Positions 37,831-50,310 of a stretch of DNA of 64,000 nucleotides are shown piece after piece. The notes under the pieces are model-generated. The model was not told the origin of the DNA. It made no database searches and saw only the letters and a list, made by a program, of their open reading frames with translations. Each line of letters starts with the position of its first letter. Position 1 is the stretch's first letter. The translations under genes and the position numbers were made by a program. Location of the stretch: NCBI GenBank assembly GCA_976551045.1, contig CDPCPM010000026.1, forward strand, positions 9,796,001 through 9,860,000. Direction: 5' to 3'. Source of the stretch: Glaucostegus cemiculus (lineage: Eukaryota).

Positions 37831-38429
37831 TCTTCAGCTCCACAATCAGTTTAGGGCAGCAGGGGTTTCTACTGAAACTATTCTTACATCACAGTTATCA
37901 GTAAGAGGAAAGTGAAATTGTAGTTCACCAGTTAGCTGAGAAAAGTTCCTTTTTGTGAACGAGAAAGCAAAATTTCAATGGCTAATGATCCAGACTATTA
38001 CATAATTTCTTATTCTTTTCAAGTATTGAATCAAGTTATTATCCACAGGGTTGAGATAAACATTTTGTTGTACTGAAGGAGGAATTCATCCCCCCACCAA
38101 CATATACACAATATTTGCAATTCTTCCCCAGCATTCACACTTGTAAGGAGATCTGGGATAAATACTCCAGTTCTGGTTGCTCTTCTTCAATGCTGACGAG
38201 GACTCCAGTTCGCAGAGCTTTTGCAACTCATGGACATATACACATTCCATGTATGACATGCAATCAGCACAAAAGATTGCAGACTGTGCACAAAGGAGCA
38301 ACTCAGCTGATTCATCCAAAAGGGAGAGTGTAAGTGGAAAGATGGTGAGAACAAGATGTGTGAGGAAACAAAATATTGATTTAGAAGAGGTGCAAATGGG
38401 GGCAACTGACAATAGTATTAATACCAAAG

Positions 38430-38830
38430 ATCTAAAATAAAAACAGAACCAAAAACAGAAAATACTGGAAATGCTTACTATCTGAAGTTGTTGAACCCAG
38501 GCCAAAGGCAACAAAGTGCCGAGATAAGTTCCTGTTGAGTTTGTGTGACTTCACTGGAACAGTTTGGGAGGGTGAAGGGAGAGAGGTCAAAGCAGAAGTG
38601 AGATGGTGAACCAGAGTCATGTGGCCAGAACTTACTGTCACATTTTTGGACTGATGTTCTGCAAAGGTGTAAACTAATCTACATTTGATTTCCTAAGTAG
38701 TGAACAGCTGATAAAGTAAACAAATGAATTGAAGACAAACACGTAAATCACTGTTTTAACTGGAGAGAGTTTTGAGGGCTTTATTGTGTCAGAAGGGAGG
38801 AGTTTGAAGGACTAATATTTTTCTCAGTGA
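38430..38830 (-). mobile_element. Highly decayed Penelope-like remnant
   Basis: AAAACAGAAAATACTGGAAATGCT terminal motif, plus reverse similarity to the GIY-YIG region (ATGTTCTGCAAAGG...AATCTACATTTGATTTCC). Confidence 0.45.
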
Positions 38831-39104
38831 CTATTATCATGATGGATTTTTAAAAAAAATGGTAGCAAAGTTCTCCTGGTGGCTTTATGGATAAACATGC
38901 CATGTGATATCATACTGAGCCCAACACTGGGCCAAGGGTGCAGTGCAATTAGCTTGATTCCAGTTACTGTCTGACCATTATGGTAATGTGACATAGCACT
39001 GGGATTGGATTCATCCACCTGTGCCAATCATTATATACAAGCTTCCAATGTACAAAATGCAATTCTTAGACAAGCAAAGGTTACATCCAAGGATTTTATG
39101 TGGA

Positions 39105-39460
39105 GTATCAAGGACTCTGCATTCATGCAACATCTTTCATCTCTGTGTGGTACTTCAGGGTGTTTTTTAGTCAATTAATTACTTCATCAGTAGTTATTGT
39201 TGTTATGTCAGAAAATGTGGCAGCCTGTCTGTGCACAACAAGATCCTACAATGGACAATGAGATAAAGGATATCAAATATTTGTCATTTGTGTTGTTGGG
39301 ATATATACAAGGATGATAGGAGATCTTCTAATGGAAAGGAGTGAGAGTACCTCTGACATTCACTCAATACATTGAAGTAGCCAGTATTAATTATCTGCCT
39401 AAATCTTGATGTAGGGCTTGAACTCATTATGTCTTTCTGGGGCAACCATGTTCCTACTAT
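39105..39460 (-). mobile_element. DeuSINE-like element
   Basis: GTTGTTATGTCAGAAAATGTGGCAGCCTGTCTGTGCACAACAAGATCCTACAA...AATGAGATAA, with tRNA-like head (GGGCTTGAACTC). Confidence 0.65.
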
Positions 39461-41289
39461 ATGATATTTGAGAAACAAATCGCCAGTTCTCATTCCAGTT
39501 TTGTTTGATGTATTTTGTCTTCCTTCAAGCTAATTGTCAAAATCAGTGATATCACAATCATCAATAACGGATGTTCAGCCCACAGCTGACAATAACGGGA
39601 AGATTTTACAAGCCATCAGTGTCACCTCTAACCCCCTTCCTTCCCCTATTAGCAGCATAAAGGAAACTACTGATTGTGAGCATGCAATGAAGCATTTCAA
39701 GGGAGGATCAACTTGGCAGCCGAAGCTCTTGGAGGAGGGATCCCTGAATTTTTCCATCATAAAGTTATACATATGGTCTTAGCAAATAACATCAGCAGTT
39801 TTCCACAGGAAGGCATAGATGTTCACTTGCTTACCTTTTGTTCTGCAGTTGATGTCCAAGTTTCCACTGGCATCGATTCAAACACAGTTGTCAGAAGAGA
39901 ATAGAGCTAAAGCTGTATTTCTGTGTGGCCATGTCACTTGAATAGATTAAGAATGTCAGCTAGTGCTTGAAGCCAGAAAAATTGTTTGGAAAGCTTTTGA
40001 GTTGTCTTGGAATAGCACTTGTGCTGGCACAGTTTGGAGTGAAGCCAACCTTATTTATGCAGTTCAAAGACCCCTGTAGCAATTTTCTACGTGTATGATC
40101 TTTACTTTAAAAACTTTGAATTTCTAATCTATGACCTTAGCATTAACTCCTTTAAGAGACCATTGAAACACTAAACAAATTCATTATTGGCTGATGTAAT
40201 GGATGAAAATTCTTCATTTACAAATCACAACATTCTATAAATAAGCACTGAGCTGCAGGGTAGCTATGAGCCTTACTTTGTAGATATAATCATATTGAAT
40301 ATTTAGCTATAATTTACTTTTCATTGTACAGATTTAAATGTTGCAGAGGTACATTTTATGTTACCAATTTATTAAATATCTTTATGCTCTTTAGATCAAA
40401 CCACTTTAAATGAGTGCACCCTTTCTTGCTTCTGCACCTGCGGTTATTGAATGGCCCAGGTAGCCTCCCTCAACAGTGCTCAGCAATGTAAATTGACCAA
40501 AAATTGGACGGGGTCCATTAGAGCTCTCTGCTTCACTGTGCCAGTATTCAATGTGGCCGACTATTCAATGGCTTCAGGTGCAGGTACAAAAAAATCAGAC
40601 CCACAATAAAAATCTGAGAAGGATTTATGCAATAGCTTCTTTGAAGGCAGATGTTGTATGCTATTTTATATAATCTTAGAACTACTTTGAAGAGAATTTT
40701 TTGCCAACCCAGAGTAAGTGTGGGGAAAACCAATCAAAAGCATCTTCTGAAGATCAACAAGGAGAAAAATACCTTCATGTGTCAAATCTTTCACAGTTTT
40801 TGAGGGTTTCTTTTTGCTTCTTCAAGGACTTTTAATAGATGCAAAGCAGTGATTAAAGAGAGGGGTCTTGAAAAACTTAAAGATTAAAACGTCAACCATG
40901 TATATGGGTAAACTAGCTCTGCTTTCTATCATCACTGTCCGATGTTCTGTACTGCGTGCTGCACCTAAGCTAAAAGCAAAACTCTTCATCAACAACTACA
41001 CCTGAAAATACCTAGGGGGCTAAATTGGATAGCTCCCAAGAATGGGCACAGGGAAGCTGATGTGTGATGAATCCATGCCCATTGCAATTCAGGCAACAGG
41101 CCAAATTCGAGTATGCCCTTTTGAATGATTTCTGCATTCTGCCAGCAAAAACCATGCAGTTCAAGTGCTAGACACATCAGGGGACAGCCAATATCAAGAT
41201 TGGCTGAGTTCCAAATAAGATTAGTCTGCAATGCTTCAAACTTGCCTGCAGTTCATAAATGGGAGGTGGCTGAAGCAGGTATTAGCTGT

Positions 41290-41530
41290 CATGCAGAAAG
41301 CAAACAGTAAAAAGTGCTTCTTCTTCAAGGTATTGGATGCTGCGCTGAAGGCCCTTGCAATGGAAGTGAAAAATAGGGAGATGTCCAGTATCTTTTTGGC
41401 CTGGAAGGCCATCTAGGCATGTGCTGAAAAGGAGTGCAGATCACTGTGGAATTCAAGGCCAGGGATCCAACCCCAAAGATCTGGGTATAATGTCACAAAA
41501 GGCACAATGACCCTCTGCATCATCAAGGTC
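41290..41530 (+). pseudogene. Myb/SANT-like DNA-binding gene relic (Harbinger second ORF type)
   Basis: FKVLDAALKALAMEVKNRE (cf. RFSDAALEALVxEVxxRR) and PKIWV*CHKRHND (cf. PRTWxQCRKKFND), ending at a GTCAGT donor-like site. Confidence 0.6.
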
Positions 41531-44500
41531 AGTAACTGCAAGTGCCAGTCTTAACAACTGTACCACCAGCCTTAAACATTGCTCAATCCACCACGATCTC
41601 AATGCATATCTACCTGCAATCTCTATCAGTTGAGATTCATACCTATTAATATGCTCCACAATTAGCACAACTGCATTTTTGGCACGCATATGCATATGTT
41701 GTCACTTACACTGGCTGATTACATTCGCTAACACACCTCCCGTTGAAGAGCAGAGGCAGCATGAGCTAACTGAATGTGGACACATCTCCTCTAGGAACTT
41801 GTCAGTTGATCAGCCCAACAACAGCAATCAGTGAATTAACTGAAGGTACCTTTATACTCATGCCCAGTTCCCTTCTGCCTAACCTCACACCCCTTCTGCT
41901 TTTTCCGTAGAAGAGGCAAAGATGTCCTCATTAGTTTCTCCTCTCCCCTCATCCTAACTATTATCCTTGTCTCCTTCTCCTTTCAGTTATCTAGTCAGGC
42001 AGTGGAAGAACAGCAGGAAGAAAGTGAAGATGAATAAATACAGACTTTACACTTGCAACAGCTCAGGTTATAACAAATTGTTGACTTTTCAGAACCGTCG
42101 AAACATTGACAGTTCCTTTCCTCCCACAGATGCTGTTATTACTGTGTTGGCTCCAGCTTCAATCCCTGAACTGAAGGGATGTTGTAATTCATATTAAGGT
42201 GTTAGGATCTGGAGAGCAAAAAATAGGCAGCATATTATTCTGCTGAATTGTACATGATAATGTTTGTGGAAGCTGGTTTATTTTCACCTTCATTACATTA
42301 CACAGGTAATGTAAAAGCCAATATTACACTCTCCTGCACAAGCCGGCACATGAAGAGCCGTCACATGGGAAATACAGCAGGTACCAATGAATACCTTTGG
42401 AACTAAACTACAGCCATTGGCAGAGAATACCAGATTAGAAGGGGAGAACTGGATGGGGACAATTTTCCTTGTGTATCAAGTTAATTATCAACTATTTTTG
42501 AATCAAGATAATTTTAATTAGAAATTACTCTTTGAGATATTAGTATATATGAGTTTAATGGATCAAAATTTCCATTAAATCAGTGAACAAAGGAGCAACA
42601 TACATTAAGTATTTATAAATTAATATCACAGATTGCCCTTTATAAGTTGAATGAGCTGGATATATGCCCTTTCAAAAATGTACTCACTTAAGATATTTCC
42701 GGTTCACGAAAAGATAGTATAATTGATTTGCTGACTGGAAAATATCTGTTACTGGTTGATTTCAAGAGAGGGAGGACATTGAAACTGGGTGCCTGGCATT
42801 TTTTGCATTCATCTCTGAAATTATGGCTACAGCAAATCATAATTGGCGCATGCTCTGATGTATTTCATCATCACTCAGTCTGAGCTGAACTTTTATTTCA
42901 TGTAAGTCCATTCTGCTGAGGAAACCTCAGTAACTTAGTTCACTGTTTGGAATTTCTGCTTATGGAAGTCAGGAATTGAAGAGAAAGGTCCAGAAATGTT
43001 TTTTTTTGCAAACACAGCATCCTTACATGCTACGCCAATGTATTTTTGTAAAAACTCATTCACAGTTACCGCGTCCTCTGTATACGACACACATGTATAC
43101 CGAGATCACGAGCCATGTAGACTGACATCAAACATGTATTTGGGAGCCATAAGTGGTGTGGGTCACAAACACCGCAAAAGGTCTTAACCAGAGGGTTTGG
43201 ACCTGTTTCAGTGTTAGTTAATGGATCCAATGAAACTGGGCTGCAGCCACCTAAGCCAAGGCATCCACCTCCCCCCAGTTACTTCACTCCTTTTTGTTTG
43301 CCTTCTCTACTGGTGTCTTCAGGAACCCCTCCTCTCACCCTCAACAATCTCTTCAGCAATCCATCCCATCGCCAGTTAATCTCACTGACTAATTTCCCTT
43401 CTGCAACCATCTCCGCAGCCTTTAACCCCACCACCAGCTTCCCCACACACACTCTTCCCCCAGTCACCTACATATTTCAACATGGCAAAGGTACCAGGTC
43501 ACTCAGAGAAAAGACTTGATCTTATTTGTTCATGTTGGCCTTGTGCACAGTGGAATATTGCAGCCTGGGTATCCTGCAGAACCTTGGCACAGAAGCACTG
43601 TATAATGGTGATTTAACATATGTATTCACCACATTAAAACAAGCAAACCGTCTAAAGGCCTGCTTCAAAGAGACTAGAGGAAACTATTCAAAACTTTTTA
43701 TAAAGGTTTTTTTATTGTTCATTACAATTGAAGTCCATTATTTCTGCATAGATTTTTTTAAGCTTTGCACCTATTTAGTGAATATATGGAGTAATTATTG
43801 TGTACTTAATAAATGTAATAAATACAAAATTAATTTGGTTGTTTTGATTCTTTTTTTAAATCTAAGGATGGCAGGAAATGGAGCAGAATCATTGGTACCG
43901 CTCTCACAGAGAAACTCACAAATGAAGATCCTTTGTCCAAAGGCTCTGGGACTTAAGTATCTTTCGTTATGTCAGTAATCATAACTACCCAGGTTATGGC
44001 ATGGTAATGAAATGGTAGTTAAACCAAGTGCAGGGTTTGGCATTCTTTAGTGGCATGCTTGCACAGGCCATTTACCCGATAAATGGGACTTTTGGATGGG
44101 CTTATATTGGCAGCTTCCCTAAAGTATGCAGTGTTCATCTCCATCTGTTCCCAGTTCTTAGTGCATTTTAAACATTGGAGTGAGGATGTAAAGCAGCTGA
44201 TGTCAGCCACTCGTTATGCATCTCTCCAGATATTAATTATAATGAACTTCAATGGAAATGTAAATTGGAAGCAATGTATAACAAGCAGCTAATCCAATAT
44301 CATCTATTTTACACTAACATCCAAAGTCAAAATGCTCCCCACAGTACATAATGCAAGCAGAATTGACCCTCATTACTGGCTGCAGATCGGCCAAGATAGA
44401 CTTTTGCTGACAACCATGAGCTGACAAACTGCTTCTTCCCTCTCTATTGTGCCCACCCACATTTTGTCCCCAACTGTTCTTGAAAAGGCTGAACTTCATA

Positions 44501-45264
44501 CTTAAGTTGCTTTAACCTTTTTGAAGGATAACATAAATGATCACATCATTTAAAAAACAAACACTATTAACACAAAATTTGCTTTATCCTTCTCATTTTT
44601 CCCCAGAAGTAAACATTTCCTGCTCTCAAAGATTATTTGCATACATTTAAATATAATAAATGCACCAGAATTCAAGCAAATAATTATCAAGACAAAGCTT
44701 CTCATAGACTAGTTCTATTTCTTTTGCGAATGACAATTTAATTATAGAGACTTCCTAAATGAGGTTTTCCAAACTGGTAAAGTTCAGAGTAAGATGAGTA
44801 GAAGTTCTGTCTGACAGCATAATCCTGTTCTAGCATTTATGAATCTTGCAGAGTTGAGGTCATCTTAATAATGAAGACAGGTTCCAAACACCTTCGTGCT
44901 ATTTTTTTGGGAACTTGCCTCAAGGGAAGCGACTGGTGAGAAATCTGGCAAAGCTACAGCACTTAAAATGACTCCAGCAGCCAAAAGGAACAAGTCAATT
45001 GTTTAAAGTCAATGGCTATGAAGTCAGTAACAAAAGCAGCAAGTTTGAGAGCGCTAAAGCAGGGCACAGAGCCCAAGAGCTCACGTACTTCACCACAGAA
45101 GTTCATTGTCCCAAAAAGGTGAAAAGGAGGAATAAATAATTGGGGCTGAGGGAAGGAAGCCAATGGTTTGCAATAAGAATCCAACAAATTGAGTCAAACT
45201 GAAACCAGAAGCTTGTATACTTCCAGCATATGTTAGCCAAATTCATTTGCTGAAATTTAATTGA

Positions 45265-46745
45265 GGAATTGTTACACCACAGAAGATACTCATTTTGCCT
45301 ATTAAGTCTATGTCATCTCTTTGTAGAACAATCCCATCAAACCCAATCCCTGTTTTATCACCAAGCCTTGCAAATTATGCAAAAAGATTTTACCTTATAA
45401 ATTATTTTCTCTCAAATCCAATTCACTTTTGAGAACCCTGTTTCCACCACCCTCAGTCAGAAACATCCAGATCCCAAATATTCCCATGAAAAATGTTTTC
45501 CCTACATTCCTTTGTATTTTTTGCCCCATCGGCGCTCCTTTTTTCCTTGAACCATCACTAATGGGAACAGCTTCTCTCTATCTAGTCTCTCAAAACCTCT
45601 CGTACACCTGTATCAAGTCTCCTCTCAATCTTCTTTGCTGCAAGAAAAGCAACTGTGGCATCACCAGTCTAACCCTGAAACCCCTCTTTTCTGGGATCAT
45701 TCCATGGAATCTTTTCTGCATTCTCTCTCAGACTTTCACATCCTTCCTAAATGAGGTGACCAGAATTGGACACAGTACTCCAGCTGTGACCTAACCAGTG
45801 TTTAATACATATTCATCTTTCTGCTTTTGCACTCTATACCAAAATAGTTACTTATACCAAAATATTTTATCAACCACTCCCTCAACATACCTCACCACGT
45901 TCAAGGCATTAGGCACAAATATACCTATTTCCTCCTATTCTTGTGACACTTTAGAATTCTTCCAGTTAGTCCACATCGGCATTCCCTGTTCCTTTTGCCA
46001 AGATGTATAACTTCACACTTCTCTATACTCAATTTCATCTGATCCTTGACTGGCCATTCTGCCAGCCCATGTGTGTGCATGTCCATTATAATCTTCCTCA
46101 CTGTCTCTACATTTCCCAACTTTGTGTCAGCTACGAATTTGGAAACTATATTCTGTACACACCACAAATAATGTCAAAGCCATTAATAAAAAGCAGGAAA
46201 ATCAGTGGTCCCATCACTGAACCCCGGGAGTACCACTGTTACCATCGCCCTTTTTGAAAGGCAACCATTTACCTCCATTCTCTGCTTTCCGTTTATGCCA
46301 GTTCCCTACCCATGTTGCTACAGACCCTTTAATTCCTTGACCATGGACTTAATGCAGGTAAGTGGAATTAGTGTAGATAAGTACAACAGGCAGCATGGAC
46401 ATGGTGGGCCGAGGGACCTGTGTCTGAGCTGTATGAGTCTATGACTCCATCATTTAATTTTGCCAACAGCTTTTTGTGTCGGACTTTATCAAACACCTTC
46501 TAAAGATCCATATTACAAATATCTCTTGCACTCACTACATCAGCCTGGAAAGAGTAAAGATTGATTCGGAGGGGGTACTAGAGATGTTCGAGTTGGCAAA
46601 GATGATCCAGCATGGATTTGTTGAAGACACATCACATTTGACCAAGATGTTTGACCTTTTTTGTTGAGGTAACATAAAAGGCTGACGTAATGAATGCAAA
46701 AGACTTGGATCTTCAGAAGGCATTTCATAAAGTCACGCACAAAAA
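45265..46745. mobile_element. CR1 LINE on minus (about 45265-46530) with a head-to-head inverted upstream piece on plus (about 46545-46745) and a small inserted CR1 tail (46342-46447, +)
   Basis: Minus: SKFVADTKLG, QMKLSIEKCEVIHLG. Plus: QHGFVEDTSHLTKMFDLF...LDLQKAFHKVTH. The insert ends GCTGTATGAGTCTATGACTC. Confidence 0.75.
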
Positions 46746-46746
46746 C

Positions 46747-47036
46747 TGAATAAAGCATAATAGTTCTGTGTTACTTATTTTTGTTTCCTTAGTCATTTTA
46801 TACCCCCCAATTACTACTTTTCCATTCTCTTCTCAATTTCCTTCTTCACCTGTCATACTTGCCTTTCCACTTCCCTCTCAGCAGATTATATTCAGCCTGA
46901 TTCACCAGCAATCATTTCCAAACTTAGATATCCACACTTACTTTAAGTTTGGTGTTTATGTGGGCACTAAATAGTAATCAGGGGTATAAAAACACTAAGG
47001 AAACAAAAATAAACAACACAGATTACACTTTATTCA
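46747..47036. repeat. Long imperfect inverted repeat (about 65-70 bp arms, 155 bp spacer)
   Basis: 46747-46816 TGAATAAAG...TTATTTTTGTTTCCTTAGT..TTTTATACCCC..ATTACTA is the reverse complement of 46972-47036. Confidence 0.85.
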
Positions 47037-47244
47037 TTAATAATGTGCAGATAATTTAAACATACTTGCAAAATACTTTGGTTTGAAGATTTTGGGAGAA
47101 TTTTAAGACTACCTGGCAGAAACTAAGTTAGCAGGTAACAAAGTTCGCCTTTGCCATTTTCTCACCCCAGAGTCACTAGGAATTGATCTGCATCTGATTA
47201 AACACGTTCTATGAGCAGGTGATAAGAGCATCGAAATCACCTGC

Positions 47245-47332
47245 AGGAAAGACAAACTGCGGGAGGAACTCAGCAGGTCAAGTAGTATCTGTGGGAAGAA
47301 AGGAATTGTCGACGTTTCGGGTTGAGACTCTG
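47245..47332 (-). mobile_element. Penelope-type terminal fragment with partial hammerhead
   Basis: Reverse complement GAGTCTCAACCCGAAACGTCGACAATTCC...TGACCTGCTGAGTTCCTCC. Confidence 0.75.
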
Positions 47333-47719
47333 GATTTAACAGCTTTCCTTATGGCCAGGCCTTCCCTGCCACAAGTTCACCAGTCCACTTTCAACAAGTG
47401 GGGTCCTCACAAAATGTCTCAGGGTCCAATTCCAGCACCTATGTGGTCTCCGCTGGCAGCCTCCAGGTCACATGAATTTCCTTCACATCCTGCCCAGGAA
47501 AGGTAGGAAAGTGGCTGAAGGCATTTAAATGTTTAAAAGCGCTCTAGGCTTGCCTTTCGATGTTTTTTATAAATTTTGAATTAATACCAAAACTCATTCA
47601 TCAAAAAAAACACTGCAAGTGACCAAACTTCATCAATGAATAAAAGTAAACAGAATGACATTCTTAACAGTAACATTATCTTTGTAATTGCCCCAAAATT
47701 GGAAGGTTAGGACAGCAGC

Positions 47720-47845
47720 AATTCTGAGGAATGATCGACAACCTGAAGCACTAACTTTGGTTCTCTCCCCAAATAGGCTGCCTGACCTGCTGAGCATTCC
47801 CAACATTTTCTGTCTTATTTCAGATTTCTAATATCTGTGGTGTGG
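47720..47845 (+). mobile_element. Penelope-type terminal fragment, degenerate
   Basis: TTCTGAGGAATG...ACCTGAAGCACTAAC...GCTGCCTGACCTGCTGAGCATTCCCAACATTTTCTG. Confidence 0.6.
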
Positions 47846-49074
47846 CGACACACATTGATTTTATTTATGAGGAATGACAGAAGCATAGAAATTAAGATTT
47901 TGTTGGTGGAAAAAAATATGGATTTTCTCCTTATTTGCATCTAACATAATTCACCACCTTCCTTAACTCATTGTATTTTGGGGCACAAACCTATGGTACT
48001 AGATAATGTACTTTTTGGGTCATTATAATTCCATATTTCATTCCTTATATGTTAGCTCATTATTTTCTGATGGGATACAAGCAAAATATAGGAGTTGAAA
48101 ATGAGCTGGTTAATAGAAAGGTTCCAAGGCTTCTTTTACTTAGCTAACCCATCTATAGTCCACCATGACAATGTGTGCATTTATACATTATTTAATTCTG
48201 AGTGACATCACCAGTGGAATATCACCGATAAATGATGCTGTTTTTTTGTGGGAATACACTTCAGAAAGTTTGCAGAGGTTTAACAAACAGAACATTAACT
48301 ATGGTTGCCACCTCCCACACCTCAGAGAATCAAAGAGAGAGCTTCTTTACAACAATGCAAATTCTAATTCTAAAATATTCATTGGGCTGTTTACTCACTC
48401 AGTACCCATTCAAATCATTCCAGATATTATCACGTAAAACATAAAACAAGCTATTCCTTGTTGGCCTATATTTAATGTTATTTATTATAGCTTTATTAAT
48501 GTTTTAATTGTTTTATATCACTGAGTAACTTTTGTTGTAAATGCAAGACTACATTTAGTTAAATATTTTGGCTGATGGTCACAAAGATCACAGAACAAAA
48601 CAAAGGTGCATTAAACATGACCAGAAGTAGCAATCAAATAGACAATGTTGAGTCTTGATTCTTGAAGCCATGCTGATGGCCAAAGTCTTAGTCTGAATGT
48701 AGCTATTTAATATGTCATGAAGTAGACTCCTTTCTTAGTATGAAAATTACATTTCTGGTGCTCAAGGCAACCTCCATATAAAAGAGAAATAAATTATTTG
48801 ATCAATAACAGCTGTGCAGCCAGTTTGAATTAAACATTTTAGTTGAGCATATGAACTGTTTCTTTGATTAGAACATCAAATCATAATTTCATAGTCACAT
48901 AACTTATAGCCCAGAATGAGAATATTTAGTACAACATGTTCATACAAGTACCAGTTTTTCAGTTTTTCTAATTGCAGTACTACCAGCCTCTCATCTTTTC
49001 CCTTCTCAAATACTTAGCTCACCTTTAATGTCTGTGTATGTAGTCATTTATGGCAAAACAGTCCACAAAAGAGA

Positions 49075-49232
49075 AAAGCATTTACTTAGAGCTTTTCACT
49101 ACCTCAGAATGTACCAAAACACTTTACAGCTGAGAAAGGACTTTTTTGAAGTAAAGCCACCATGTTAACAGGGAAAATAGCAACCAATTTGCACACAGCA
49201 AGCTTCCACAAACATCAATGTGATAAGATCCT
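49075..49232 (-). mobile_element. DeuSINE-like 3' fragment
   Basis: CACTTTACAGC...TTTTGAAGT...GCAACCAATTTGCACACAGCAAGCTTCCACAAACATCAATGTGATAA. Confidence 0.7.
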
Positions 49233-49257
49233 TCTTCTCTTCCAGAACTACACTGAA

Positions 49258-49632
49258 GCATCTTATAGAGGTCTGTAAAATCAGGTGGGGCATAAATAGG
49301 GTGAATGCATTCAGTCTATTTCCCAGGGCAAAGGAATCAAAAACTAGAGGGCATAGGTTTGAGGTGAGGTGGCAAAGATTTAAAAGGGACCTGAGGGGCA
49401 ACTTCTTCACGCAGAGAGTGGTGCGTATATGGGACAAGCAGCCAAAGGCAGTGGTAGAGATGGGTACAGTAACAACATTTAAAGACATTTGGACAGGTAC
49501 GTGGCTAGGAAAGAGTTAGCAGGATATGGGCTAAACGTGGGCAAATGGCACTAGCGTAGATGGGCATCTTGGTCGGCATGGACAAGCTGGGCTGAAGGGC
49601 CTGTTTCTGTGCTGTATTACTCTGTGACTCTG
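49258..49632 (+). mobile_element. Relatively well-preserved CR1 3' end
   Basis: LIEVCKIRWGINRVNAFSLFPRAKESKTRGHRFEVRWQRFKRDLRGNFFTQRVVRIWD and the terminus GGGCTGAAGGGCCTGTTTCTGTGCTGTATTACTCTGTGACTCT. Confidence 0.92.
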
Positions 49633-50310
49633 GATGTACAATCACTGAAACAAGCTTTCACTATCTGCCACACTATTCCTACAGCTACCAGATGATCAGC
49701 TGAGAAATGGATTTGGAATGTTTCTGTTCCGCCTTGCTGGAAACATGCCGGCACAACCCAATTGTAAGAAATCTGGAATCACAACCTCCTTACAACAAAA
49801 ACAACAACAATATGCTGGAAAAACTCAGTAAAACTCATCATTTCCAACATTTTTTTTGATTTCCCTCATCTGGTCTCTTTTATCAAGCTAAATTTGTAAA
49901 CATGCTTTATGATGTTTGGTCTTTCTTCACATTAGATGATTAAAAATGTTCTCCCTTCAATCACTTGGAAGAGCAGGCTAATTTTAGACCCTTAAAGCAA
50001 CACCTACAAAAGCACAGTGGGCTGGACCCCGCCCACCACTGGTGCTATTCTTGTGGGTGCCCTTAATTTTTACTGCCCAGTAGTCCCAATGACTGACTAT
50101 GGCAACATGGTCCCCAACAGTAACTACTCCTCAGGCTGCACCTCTGAGGCCTCCCTCCTGGACCACACAATGGCCATTTGATAGCTTGATGACTAAAGGC
50201 TTTGAACTACTTTTATGATCAAAGATATTTTAAAACAGTTCTATAGGATTCAAATAATTTTTAAAATTATCTAAAATAAATTAAAAACTGATTAAAATAA
50301 ATTAAAAACA

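Noticed and set aside
38086-38514. Cluster of ORFs (142, 87, 72 aa)
   Set aside because: They overlap decayed repeat sequence and match no protein family I recognise.
43526-43978. 150-aa ORF
   Set aside because: Non-ATG start, AT-rich low-information composition, no recognisable domain or splice structure; likely chance.
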